A stretch of 64,000 bases of DNA from positions 9,300,001-9,364,000 of the forward strand of contig OZ316775.1 of NCBI GenBank assembly GCA_973851085.1, written 5' to 3'. Within the stretch, counting starts at the first letter, position 1. Each line of letters starts with the position of its first letter. This DNA is from Ptychomitrium polyphyllum (lineage: Eukaryota). Under the pieces are notes generated by a model, which was not told the origin of the DNA, searched no databases, and saw only the letters and a program-made list of their open reading frames with translations. Below are positions 34,765 to 48,200 of the stretch, one piece after another. The translations under genes and the position numbers were made by a program.

Positions 34765-34885
34765 ATGCGACGTGGACTTGGCTCGGAAGCAGAGGCTGGG
34801 ATCTATGTAAGCGAGATGACGTGTCAGCTTGCGACTGGAGGTGCTGATTCGACGAGTCTTGGTGCATCGTTGCGTGTGACGTCAT
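34765..34885 (-). promoter_or_regulatory. ACGT-core ABRE/C-box cluster upstream of HVA22 paralog 2
   Basis: GACGTGG (about 34769), GACGTGTC (about 34818) and TGACGTCA (about 34877). The HVA22 family is known to be ABA-inducible. Confidence 0.5.
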
Positions 34886-37800
34886 TCGAGTCGGAAGTTG
34901 CAATCTGATTCCCGAGTGGCTCGGTGTGAATAGAGCGGAAGCATAATGTCTGATCTCACAATCTGTTCCAGTTCCACTCCCGCTTGGCATGTACGCATTT
35001 GGTACATTCTCCTTCCAGGCCGTCAACCATTTCGAGATGCGTGCGTTCAGTTTAAGACAGCGCCATTTTATCGGCGACGACCCTTTTACCACAGTAGTTT
35101 TTTTTAGCATAACATTATAAGTGAAGTCATTCTTTGAAGACTAATAAATGAAAATGTAGAGCAGGATTAGTTTTCTGAACAGGTGTTACAGTGGTCTCTG
35201 CTAATGTGAGCAAATGCTTTGGGTTTTTGGGAGAAGTTTGTGATAACCTGACTGAGTTAAGGTGTTTGTCAAAGGACTATTTTTAAAATAAAAACTTTTT
35301 TATTAAACTGGATCAACACGTTTTTTTATTTTTCTTTGTGAATAATATTCAAATTTTTCTTTAATGCTAATGCACAAAATTCAAATTAACTAAATACAAA
35401 ATATAGTGTACAAAATTTACACTATATTTTGTATTAACTAAATACAAAATATACTGTAAATTTATAAACATAGATTTCATATAGGAATGTCTGTTTTAAT
35501 ATTTTAGATTATAAATTCAAACAAGGTGTTGATTTTAAGTATTAAAAATTTTAACTAAATTTCATACTTTAAATCTAATCTTTTACATGTTTATATTATA
35601 AAGGATGCAAAACATCAATGAATGCAAACCAAATAAAAAAACCCGCCAATTAATTTAATTATAAAAAAAGACTTTAATCTTGATATAAGAAGAATGGAAT
35701 ATTTTCTATTAAAAGTACATCAGATATTAAAGGATTAAAAGAAGAATTCATTATGGGGTACTTTACAAGATGACAAATTTCAAAATCAAGCACCACCAAT
35801 CAATTTTTAAAAATTTGAATATTCTACAATGTAAACACCTTCATTTTTATTCATTTTGGTTGATTTGAGTATACTTTAATTTTCCAAATTATGCTTCTTT
35901 ATAACTTGTGTTTCCAATTTTTTTTATTTTTTTTATTATGATAATTCACATTATAATTTCCTCATTTCATATGCTCTCTTTAATATCAAATACTCTTTTG
36001 TTTTTGAGGTTGTAATTCACAGACATAAAAGCATTATAAGGATATTTATATTTTGATCCTAAAAAATAAAAAAATCCCCTATATTTATAGCAATTATTAT
36101 TTTTGTTGCTTTTGCTTGAACATATTATATGCGTTCATAAACATTGACTTGTTTTTTATTCACATTTGCTACCTTAGTGGCATACAATTGAATCTTAAAC
36201 ATCTAATGTTCATTCATCTTGGCTTCATTCATATCTTTGTTGATAGACCTCACTTCAAGAATCTAAACTCATAGCCTTCTTCTTGGATGTTGGCTACTTT
36301 GCTACATTGTACCCATATCCACTTCGGATTGTTTTCAACCAAAATTCAATAATATTCATTCACAAAACTTTAGACTTTTTAAACCTTCGATGCAATGTAA
36401 CCCATGTGCTTTCTTTAATGTGTTTACTGTGCTAGTTCCACTCTTACTAATAGAATTGTGTCAAATCATACTCCACTTGGTGTTCAACAATCTAACAAAG
36501 TGGCCAACTGTCTTAATGCTAAAAATATATACTTCCAAATCGTGGTGTCCAACTGTTGATTGCTTACAATCAAAACATGAATGATCTGCAATGCACCAAA
36601 ACACAACTCTTTTGTTCTCTACCTTCCCAAAATTCTCCTCCTCAGCGCCAACGTGCACATTACCACTCTCCTCCCGGGGGGGCCATTTCCACACGTTAAG
36701 ATAAGTTCAAGTCAAACTTCAGAATCCAAAGAAGTTTGGGGACTCAAAACCAATCACTCCATTTGTAGGTGGCAAAGTTTTCTTTCAAAGAGTCCAGGCA
36801 CATTCGTATCCGACACGCCACGTGGCACAACGGAACGGCCCATGCTCCTAATACATGCTCCCAACACCATTCAAGTCAAATGAAACCAACCAAGGAAGAA
36901 ATAATCAGTAGTAACGAAATACTAGCCGACTAAACGGAAGAAAGACATTGGCCAAATCTTCAGTATCCACCAATGAAGATAGCATTACCCTCTCCTGCAG
37001 CATTCTTTCCATATTCCAAGGCTGGTCAAGAGCTGGGAGTATCCTCGGTGAAAGTTTTTCATCTTTTGAGCCTCCAGACCCGCAGTTCTAAGGGCTACAA
37101 CAACTGTAAGGCAGACGCTCACTGCGAACCTGACTGAAAGATCTAGGCTTGGCTTCATCATCGCACAAATGATTGGAAACACTTGGTATCTGGCAATCGG
37201 CGTCAGAGGCACCACCTGCACCTCGCCATTCTCGCAGTCTCTAAGCTCGTCATCAGGATTCCACAGAATGATGTGTGATTGTTCTGTTTCTGTGTGTGCT
37301 GGATGTGTTGGTGGATCTCTGTCTGTAGCGGGGTAACTTGGAAAGAGACCAGTTTTGCTAGTGTTACGCCAAGTGATGAAAGCTACTGGTTTGGAATAAC
37401 AAGGTCAGTGACCAACGTTCTCCTGCTTTTGTGCCCTACAGCTCTGTCGTGTAGTCCTTCCCCAACGTTTTTAGAGTTCTTCGGCCAGTGAAGTCGGTGG
37501 TTTGCCGGCATTGACTCCCCATTTGCCGAATATAGACATCATGGTTCCAAGTGGGGGTAGGTTACAGCAGCTTGAAGTGGAATGTGGGTGGCTGTTATCC
37601 AGCACGTCTTCCATTCGTGTTGACTTTACTGGTGAACGATGCTTAGTTGGTCGCCTTTGCTGGACTCCACTGTTTCTCACATCTTCTCGCAATGCTGTGG
37701 AGTCTCTCCTAGAGCTTTCTTTCTTGGTGCCTACACTACCTAACTTTCTGACGCTTTCATCTAGATCTTCAGTCCTACTCTTATTTGTGTGAGTTTGGGT

Positions 37801-37984
37801 GTGAGTAGAACAAAGGATTTAGGAGTAGTGTGCGTAATTATGTTTGCCAACCATGTGTGGCAACCAGTTACCTTGTGGATGAGAGGAAGATGTGGAAGAA
37901 GAGTATTCCAGCTTGAGGTTTTGAGGCTGCCATAGCTGCCTGAGTGGGATTGAAGGGTGCTGGGAGTTCTCGATAGAGAAAGCA

Positions 37985-39724
37985 ATGGGGAGGTGCGGCT
38001 ATGGAGCTTCAAGGGTAGCGGTTCCACGGGTGTTTTGTGCAGTGATTACCGTTCTGTCCCTTGCGCTTCCGGCCTTGGGGGTAGCCACTAACCCAGGATG
38101 TACAGCGGACCTGTCGAACAAAGTAACGAACTTTCAGACGGGTAATCTTGATTGCAAGAATTACAACTTTCCCCGATCCAATCCTTATGTCATATGGGTA
38201 TGTCCTTCTTTGTTACTCAATCACTCCTCACAAGGCAAGGAGTGATTGCACTCGTGCAATAATGTGGATCCCACATGGCACCTAATTTGCAATTTCAATA
38301 TCATCTCCTACATCAAAGCCCTCTTTTGCTGCAGTAGATTACAGTGCCGCGACACCCAAATGCTAATGCAGATGTGTGGAACAGGCCTTGAGAGACAATT
38401 CCACTCAAGTTGCAACTATGGTTGTGTCGATGCCCTTATCCCCAAGCAAGTGGGCTGGAATCGGGTTTTCTGGTGATGGGCAAATGCCAAATACCACTGC
38501 GTTGATAACCACATTAAGCTCCTCTGGGACTCCTGTCGTGAAGGTGTACAGTCTCAATGACAGGTCTCAAATGGGAGTGGTGGAGGATGCTTCCAAGCTT
38601 ACTTTTGTAGGAGGTCCTCCAGAAGGACACTACGACCAAGGCAGGACGGCGTATATATCCTTCCAAGTAGACTTCGCTAAGTCAACCGCAGAGGCCAATT
38701 TTTTCCTCATGGCCTACGGAGATTTATACACAGATGGCAAGCCGGATTATCATGATCACGCGAGAAACTTTTTTTCAGCAGATTTTGTTTCAGGTACCTG
38801 ATTTACATTCACGTTTCTGGATTTGACAAAATGTGTCTCCAGTTTAGTACAAGAATTTTGGAGTTTAGTTCTTCAAGTGCGAATTTTTGTTTTTATTTTA
38901 TTCTACTGAGAATCAAAATGCGCTGTGATGTGCAGGTGTTGTTGCTGGAGAATCCGCTGCATCCAAGCTGCAAAAGAAAAGTAAGATTCATGGTTCACTC
39001 CAAATATTAGGGTGGGGAGTACTCCTTCCACTTGGTGTAATGGTTGCTCGCTACGCGCGTGGCTTTGACCCAGCCTGGTTCTACATCCACGCCACATTCC
39101 AGATCCTTGGATTTGCCTGCATAATTGCTGGAGTAGCCACTGGTATTGAGCTGACCAAGGATTTACAACCTGACCATCTTCCAGCCCACCGAGGACTTGG
39201 GCTCTTCCTTTTAGGCCTGGCAATTCTGCAGGTACTGTCTTGCACGTTTTGCTCTTGCTCTTGCTTTCTATTTAATTTGCAGCTACACGAAGATATTGTT
39301 CCATTGCTGAAGTCTGCAATTATTGTTAGAACTCCGTAAATTCTTGTAAACACGCCCACTTGACAGGATCTACTGTGGGCAAAGCAACATCTTGATCCTT
39401 GACAGCTTTTGTTGTTGCTGGCAGATCCTGGCGGTGGCTTGGCGTCCCAAAAAGGATATCAAGATAAGCAAATACTGGAACTGGTATCATGGGGGAGTGG
39501 GTCGTTTGGCGCTTTTCCTGGCCGTCGTTAACATCTTCTTGGGTCTAACCATAGGAAAAGCCGAAAATCACTTCAAAGTTGGATATATTGCCATCCTTGC
39601 CATTGAATTCATTGCGTTTGCCATTTTGGAAGCTATTCTGTGGCTGCGGTGGAACCGGCAACCTAGAGGGCAGCATTCATCAGATCAAAATTCGCCTGCT
39701 TTTCAGTTCGGTGGAAGTGTATAA
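37985..39724 (+). CDS. Cytochrome b561 and DOMON domain protein; exons 37985-38197, 38385-38793, 38936-39231, 39425-39724
   Basis: Signal peptide; DOMON WAGIGFSGDGQMPN; b561 motifs IHGSLQILGWGVLLPLG, WFYIHATFQ, AHRGLG, YWNWYHGGVGR. GT-AG introns keep the frame. Confidence 0.92.
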
Positions 39725-40634
39725 TCCTTAGTCATCCTTGTTTAGGCAGATCAGTAGAGCGGATGAGCTTTCGAAGATTTTGAAGCCTGCAATTTAGAAG
39801 CTGGTTTGTGACGGTTTTTGAGTTTTCGGTCACATAAGAGGTGACGGTCCATAGGATCTTCGTGAAGTATTAATTTAAGCTGCAAAATCAATTGTTGTTG
39901 CAGCTTAGATGATTTAATTGTTTACCTACCCAGATCTCTCGAAGTTGAATGAACGAAGTGAACCCTAGTTCTAGGCCATCAGGGTGTTGAGAATCAGGCG
40001 CACCTTCAACGTTGTTTTCTGCCTATGATACCTCATTTGTAAGGGTCGCATTCCGAATTATAGGTCCTTCCTGCATCGCCTTCCATAATTCAAGTATCCT
40101 CCAAACGCGCTCTTGATAATTGGAATGCATCTGTAGGAGAATGTTACTTGGACAAGGAGATCATAGGAGTGAGTGTGTGAATCATGGCAGGGCTGTAAAC
40201 CGAGTTACATTCTACTATGTGTTGCACTACAAGCTTGTGAAAAAGCACAATTGAAAGAGCTAGCTCTAGCAGTAGATAAGCCAACTCAGAAACTCACAAA
40301 ACGATCGATTGATCACAAACGAGTGAGCATTGTCCACGCTGGACCTATCTCGTCAAGCAGCCATTGAATGAATACATTGAATAACACTGAACTTGAACAC
40401 ATCGGTTTCCAGAAGGAGGCTCAAAATACACAACCGAAAATTGGTGAGTGATACCACCAGTTTCCTGTATTCCATATCTGATTGAAATCGAGATATTGAC
40501 AGAAGAATCCACTGGAAGAGAAAATCTCGAAGTGCTCGTCGAGACAGAGCAGAACTCTATGTATTCATATCATACTCTATATATCGGAAATTATATCTTG
40601 CCTGTCCAACTCATCAGTCAACCATGCTAGAATA

Positions 40635-43337
40635 CTAGGACTTCGCATGGAAAATGACTGAAGAAAACGGACCCATTTCGTAATGGTTACCGATCCTAAC
40701 CTTTCCTTCATCACAAAAGTCATCTGGAGACGGTAGGTTTGTGTCCACAACACGAGACCACTGCTTCCCAGGCGGCGGAGACGGCACCTCCACTTGGACC
40801 CCAAAATTGTGCGAGTTAAATGCAACATACAGGTCACCTCCACCCAAAATACCCTCATGAAGTGTAAAGGCAAGAAATCGACTGTCTGCATTCGACCAGT
40901 CACGCTCGTGCCAACTTACATCACTCTCAGCAAGGAATGACTCTTGCCCAAGCAGAGAATGCTCTTTGCGAAACTTGATAGTCTTTGCAAAGAAACGAAA
41001 CTGAGAGTTCCGTTTCGATTCCAGCTGTTCCCATTTATAGTGATTGATCACAGTATCATGCCCATAGCTGTTATTATTTCCAAGGCGCGTATGTCCATAC
41101 TCATCTCCCATCAAAACCATGGGTGTGCCCTGGGAAACAACAAGTGCAACCTGAAAATTCTTCATCTGCCGGTTTCGAAGAGCCTTCACTCCGTAATCCT
41201 CTGTTTCGCCCTCAGCCCCACAATTCCAGCTAAGATTGTCGTTGGACCCATCTTGCCCTCCTTCCCCATTCGCTGCATTGTGCTTCATGTTGTACGCCAC
41301 AAGGTCATAGAGAGTGAATCCGTCATGTGCAATCACAAAATTGATGCTGTGATATGGTTTTCTGTTATGGTTGTGATACAAATCAGCCGACCCTGCTAAC
41401 CGAGTAGCAAATGCACCTTTCAAACCTGCATCCCCTCTGATAAACCTTCGCACATCATCACGATACATGCCGTTCCATTCAGCCCATTTGTCCCAATTTG
41501 GAAAGCGCCCCACAAGATACAGGCCTCCACAGTCCCAGGGCTCAGCAATCAGTTTACAGTGCTTCAATATAGGGTCATGTGCAATAGCTTTCACAAGAGG
41601 AGGTGACGAAAGAGGTGCACCATCAGTCCCACGGCAAAGGATGCTCGCCAGGTCGAACCGGAAGCCATCAACATGGTATACTGTCACCCAATGCCGTAGA
41701 CTGTCCAGGATCAGCTCCATAACGACAGGGTGGTTACAATTGAACGTGTTCCCACAGCCACCATGGTTTATAAGCTGCACATAATTATGCAAGTCAACCA
41801 TGTAATAAACCAAATTGTCGATGCCACGGAACGATGTCAGGTAAGGGTGCTCATCATCAGATTCGTTGGTATGATTATACACAACGTCCAATATCACCTC
41901 GATCCCCGCGTTGTGCAGAGCACGGACCATTTGCTTGAACTCATTCGAAGCTGCCGCAGGTCCACCGCCGTTGCTAGCATATCGGCTCATAGGCGCAAAG
42001 AAGTTCAGGGTTGAATAGCCCCACGTATTGATCATGTGGTCTCGCGGGTTGGGCCTCCTTTGAAACTCAAACTCGTCATACTCAAAGACCGGCAACAGCT
42101 CGACAGCGTTTACCCCCAGCTCCACCAGATGTGGGATCTTCTCTATCATCCCTAGATAGCTTCCCCTTACGCCCTGTCCCAACCCAGAAGATGCATCTCG
42201 TGTAAAACCACGCAAATTCATCTCATAAATGACAAGGTCCTTCTCATGTAGAGACGGAGCTTGATATCCTTCTCCCCAGTCGAACTCGCTCGCTGGAAAA
42301 TCGTAAGTGCCGAGAAAATTAGCCATCTTCTGACTGGAATCCCCAAATACCCGACGACCCTCGACCAATTTGGCGTAAGGGTCGAGCAAAACCTTCTGAC
42401 CATCGAACCGGTGGCCCTTCTCCCACCCCTTTGGCCCATCCACCTGGTAACCATACAACACCCCATTGAGAGGTAACCCCTCCACTAGAACATGCCATGT
42501 ATTGCCTGTTCTGTGCTTTTGAGGGTCCAACTCAATCACTTGTGTGGGCTCTTCCGTTCTTGAAGGATCCAAATATCTGTGCAGCACTCAATTATGACAT
42601 GTCAGTAATTTGCTGATCTACACCTTTGTATCATGAGTAGGCATGCGGTGGCATAAACTATATCAGTTCCAAAAGCAGCAGCACTTTATCGACATTTTCC
42701 TTTTCTGGCGGGACGATAACCCTTAAATGCTCATGACTCTTTGCTCTTTGCAAGCATTACTAATGTTTTTGAACATACTTCAAATTGAATTCTTTCCTTG
42801 CCAAATAGAGCCTTTTTCCTCTACTTTTGAACAACAATTGAATGATGAATTCCAACTCTCTAGATACACACTGCATTGAGGAGAAGAAGCACAGATGGCC
42901 ACTTGTGCTATTCAGGGTTAACAAGAAACAGGTATTGAAAGGTGATGACCTTTTTCTTGAATTGAAACTTACAAACACAAGGACACCGATGTCGCATGTT
43001 GAGAGAATAGAGCGAAGTTGATCCCATTCTCAGTTTGAGAGGCACCCAGAGGCAAAGCCTGACCAGACTCGCAAGTGAACAATTCCGCTCCTGCAGTGAC
43101 CGCCGCTGCCTGGAGCGCGGCACAGCGATGCAGCGTATGGCGAGCTTTGTAAGTACCGTCGTGAAGCTGATCCTCGCATACTAACGATATGCGGTCCATG
43201 CGCTTGTATAAGATGGAGCTCCGATTCGGTCCTGGATGGGAAGCAGCGCAGTAGACGGCAGGCAAAGACGGAGTAGGGGTTAGCTGAGAAACCAGGGACG
43301 AGCACCGCCAAGGCTTGAACAGAGTTGCCATGGCCAT
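40635..43337 (-). CDS. ISA3: Isoamylase 3 (GH13 starch debranching enzyme), plastid-targeted; exons 43337-42973 and 42576-40635
   Basis: Transit peptide then [32 protein letters not shown] (ISA3-type), DVVYNH, GFRFDLA, IAEPWD, AHDGFTL. The start codon is uncertain (43337 vs 43424). Confidence 0.93.
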
Positions 43338-45291
43338 AGGCGAGGAGCACGCAATTCCCGACTCAATCAATGTCGGCTTGCAGGACGGATGAGCAGAAGA
43401 GCAATGCACGGCAACACATGGCATCAACACGATCTTCTAGAGGAACAATTCGAATGCTTCGGTGGTTTAATGACCTAGTCCACACCTGCATCGATATTCA
43501 CATGAACCTTCAGAAGTACATACATGTACAAAGCGTGACTGCCTTGGTCATCGTACTCTAACCTGGTGTGGCTATGCCCACAAAACACATCAGAACGGAT
43601 TATCATTACCAAGATGATTGAGCAAACATATTGATAGATGCAGGGTATACCATTTGCTAGAGTTTACTTTCCAAAATATTGGAAAAAGTAAAACCCGAAA
43701 ATATATTTTAATTTGTTGAAGATGTTAACAGAAATTTTGGATTGCCGAAGGCGAATCTCCTCCATAAGAGGATAATCCTAAGCTTATGATGCTTGCATTG
43801 CATAGCTGCGTGCACTATTTCTCTGCAGAAAGGATCCGAAGCATGCCTGGCACATCACAATTGCCAAGCTTTGCTAATTCCACAAGCCAACATCCCTTAC
43901 CCCAATCCATGGACGCGTTCAAACTTCTGCAAAGAAACAACACAAAGTCTGTTGGCATATGGAACTGTCAGAACCTGGCAGTTACATCTCCAATCGGCTC
44001 CTGCTCACAAACTACTCAGGCGAAGTCGAAACTTTTATACTTGTTGTTATCTGTCGTTGTAATGAGCGTTCAATTCAACAAAAACCATTCTAATGACTGA
44101 ACCCGTCAAATCCACCGCGTCTCACGAAAACCCCACCGAGATCGTGCTCCAAGACGAGGGTCAATACTTGAGAAAATGCTGAGCTTTCTCGAAGACGACA
44201 AAGCTCTGAGAAAGACGCCATCGAGAAATCAGCCAAATCGCAATGGCACAAAAGAAAAGCCAAGACATGGATCAAACACTAAATGGGACTAAATGCTCCC
44301 ACACAAGCAAAACCTACATTGTGAGTCTCTGGGTACAAACGAGGACTTCCCATCGACCAAACGAGGAAGGATGTACCTACAAGCAGAGCGCCACGACGGA
44401 AAGGGGAGAGCATCGGAATCGGCTGCAAGCAAAGCACTTCACTTCACTGCCTAGACTAGCTCATAAATCTCGTAAGAACAGATCTCAAGACTGTGCACAT
44501 GAAACCCATGTGCACAACTTCATATTCAACGTTGCCCTCCCTGGTGCACTCTGCAGCAATAAAACCATCCGATACCCCACAACCCTACCTTACAAAATCG
44601 GTGGACTGCACGCCCACATTGACCATCGTCAATTTGGTGCAACTTGCTCGATGACCTCACGCCATCTCAGCCATGTCAATGCCACGTTGGATGCTGACTG
44701 TTTTTTTTGTGCAACCTGATGGTGCTTTTTGCAAGGAGGCTAAAACTTAAGTGTGAGATTGGTGAGAAGATTTCACAATTGCATCCAAAATGATCTTAGA
44801 TCACACAGTGGGTCGAGCTTGAGAGGGATCTGATGTGTCTAGCTTCGAAGCTGACGTTGAATGCAGAAAGCTGAACGTCCGGAGCGCATGTTTTGAAGTC
44901 ATCTTGCTAAACTTGCACCCCTGTTTGGTGGGTCATCAGTATCAGCAGAAGGTGGTAGAATAGAACTTGCGGCTTTGTTTCTGGTGTGCGAAGAGCAGCT
45001 CGCTGTTTGAGCTTCTTCGTTGCTGATGTTGACGTAGATCGCATGTATGTTTGTATGTCAGCTAAAACGTTGAGTAATACCCACATTGAGTGATTTTAGG
45101 TTTAGAGTGATACGAAAAGTGAGGATTTTGGTATTGCGAGATCGTGGACAAGAATTAGGGTTGACTGCTGTGTGTGTTAGCTTGCGGATGGTTCTGATGG
45201 TTTTGTGAGAGCGAGAGGCTTGAGAAGAGGGCTGGTGGAATTTTGTTTGGGGGAGCTCCCGTGTGGGTTTCCACGCGAGGAGGTGCCCATC

Positions 45292-48200
45292 ATGGCCACC
45301 TTGAGGAGGCCGACGATGGGCTCCCTGGTGGTAGCGGTGCTGGGACTGCTGATGCTGTGCACGTCGTCAATCGTGCACGCTGTGGGCGTAGCGAAGAGTG
45401 TGAATGTCTCCGTGCGAGCCAAGTGGGAGGGCACTTCGCTCCTCCTTGAGGCCGGGTTGGATTTCGTTTAACCCTCTTTCCGCATCCTTGCTGAAACTGA
45501 TGGAATGGATATCTGTATGTATGCAATTTCGTTATTACGATCCGAGATGAAACGCTGAGAGCTCACTTAAACATAATGGAGGGATCACTTCAAAGGCAAT
45601 GAATTATTTTACATGGATCAGGGATTATAGCGAAGTTGAACAGAGTACTTTTCTGTGTTTGGGCATTGCAGCATGACTTCGCTAAGTTTCTTGAGAAACG
45701 CCAGCTTGAAATAGACGTCCAGTTCTTATTCTGAAAGTCTTCCATCACAGAATCGAACAGAAGGAACTGATGTTATAAGCTTAAATCTCGGTTAAGACCA
45801 AAGTGAATTGGAAATAATCTGGAGAGCTGGTGTTTATAATTGGTGTACACGGAGACTTCTTCTTGAAAACCTGTTTAATGATCGAATTCAACATCTAAAT
45901 TATCCATCAACGATTATGTCGGATCCATAAATTTCTTCAAACATACGGGTCCTTGGATCTGGCCTAAATAACTTTCTGTTGCTTTGTGATAATCGTGTCT
46001 GAGCTGGACTTCTCAAACCCATCGAGAGCTGAGCAGAAGGGTTTATGATGATAAGATATATGCTGCTCTAACATCTGTGGGATATCTAGTGTTTAGTGTA
46101 AGTAGAATGCTTTAAGGGTCGTGATTACTTTTGTAAGATACAATTGTATTTTCGAAATTTCAAGTTCGTTTTCTAGGGCATCTAATCGTAGTGGTTGTCT
46201 GTATGATTGTATTATTGCAGTGAGTTGCTGGCAAAGGAGAGGAATGATCTCTACTGGCGGTTTTTAGAACAATGGCTGGCGACTGACGAATCTTTCCAGC
46301 ACTATACAGACAGAGAATGCGTGCAATATATTGAAGAGAAAGGGAGTTCCCTTCTTGGAGCACCTCTTTCTCCTCTTTTCCGATTTTCTCTTTCTTTGCG
46401 ATCTGCATCACCCAAGGTGGTTACGTATCAACAACTTGCGACGGAAAGCCTTGCGGAATATAATTCTGGAAGGAAGGTGATGCTTGTATTTCTGCTGCAC
46501 CTTGCTTGTTTCTCAGCTTTGACTCTTCTGCGCCTGCCTGATATGTTTGTACATTTTGATATTTGAGATTTATAGTAATTGAGAAATCCATTAGATAGTT
46601 GCACCGACACACAATTCCACTACCTTGAAGGACGCAGTTGCTATTATGGTTTGTGAGATGTCACTTGTCATCATGTCGTCTAATGTTGAATAGTCTACTT
46701 TGTGTTTTAGGTTAACGAGGAAGTACCAAATGAAGTCGATGCTGACCGGTGGTCAGTCGGGAAGACTCCGTCCGCTTCCGAAGGGAGATGCTGTTGGATT
46801 GACACTGGGTCTCAGATCTTTTTTGAGGAATCTGAAGTCTTCAACTGGCTTCAGTTTTCTACAGAGAGGTGTTCTGTGTACTTTATTTCTTCTTATTGGT
46901 TCAATAGCTGTCATGACAATTGTGATACGGTAATTGAGTTTTAGATTATTATGTAGGATGAAGTGGTTGTGATTGCGGACAGTGAAGGCTTATCTTTTTT
47001 TTGATGTATTGGAGACATCTTTGAACATGCTTAGTATTCAACCAGAGAGGATGTGCTGTAATTGCAGATGTAGGGTGAGATACATTGAGGAGAATATACC
47101 AATGGTCCTTTACTATTTGCACATGATACACTCCAATAATTTCTTATGGAATCAGCAGGTCTGGAATTTCGTTCACAGTAAGATTCTGTTTTGTCTCGCA
47201 GCTCTGGTCAAGAGAAGGAGGAACCGGAGGTGTTTGATTTCGATCATATTTATCCTGGATCCGAATACGGTGAATTCACTGCTATTCTCTATGGGGCACT
47301 TGGGACCCCGTGTTTTGAAAGATTTCATTCTCTTCTGGTGGATGCTTCTAAAGATGTAAGTTTACTATGACGTGTGAGCAGACATTTATGGGAACACTTT
47401 CCTTTTTGATTGTTTTTTCTGAATAATCAATATTGCTTTTTAAAACTTTACTTTCAACCTAATTTATTTTCATTTTCTCTTTTCGCAAACGTTGCTGTGT
47501 TCTGTTCATATTTTTACAACCTCTTGATTTTTGGCCTGTATTGTTGGTCTACGTCAAGCCAGTGTGGGTTATTGTTATACTCAAAGTGATTATTTGTTTT
47601 GCAGGGGTTTGTTAAATATATTATTCGTCCTGTACTTTCTTCTGGCTGCGAGAGAGACGCTAAAAGATGTGCTCGCAGTGGTCATGGAGGTCCAGTTAAT
47701 CTGGGAGGATATGGGGTTGAGCTTGCTCTTAAGAACATGGAATATAAAGCTATTGATGACAGTGAATTAAAGAAAGGTGCCTTTTCTCTTCGCAATGCTG
47801 GCCTTTTCTTGAATTTCTAAAACTTAGATGAAATGGCTCAAGCTTTGGACCTATCTGTAACAGGTTCATTTTCTGTCTTTTTGGTCTTTTTGTTCAAAAA
47901 AGGCAAATATGTGTTCACGAATTAGTAACTACTTGAGGTTCTTGTGTGCGTAAAGCGAATTCTTTCTGCAAAGGTTGTATTTAAGCGACCAACTTGTGCA
48001 GACCTGGTCTATTCAAGATGTCAGCGCCACCTTCTTGAGTACTTGGGATGGCTTCAAAGTCTGGAATTTGCAAGTTTGCTTTTGGTTTGCTAAAGCATTA
48101 AAAGACTGCTCTTATTGGTGCAATAAATTGAAAGCTTTTCTGACTTTGGATGTATGCATCACACAGGAGATGGTGGGGAAGATACTCGGACAGAAGACTT

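Noticed and set aside
36985..37800. Short minus-strand ORFs upstream of the DOMON-b561 gene
   Set aside because: Interrupted frames and no recognisable domain.
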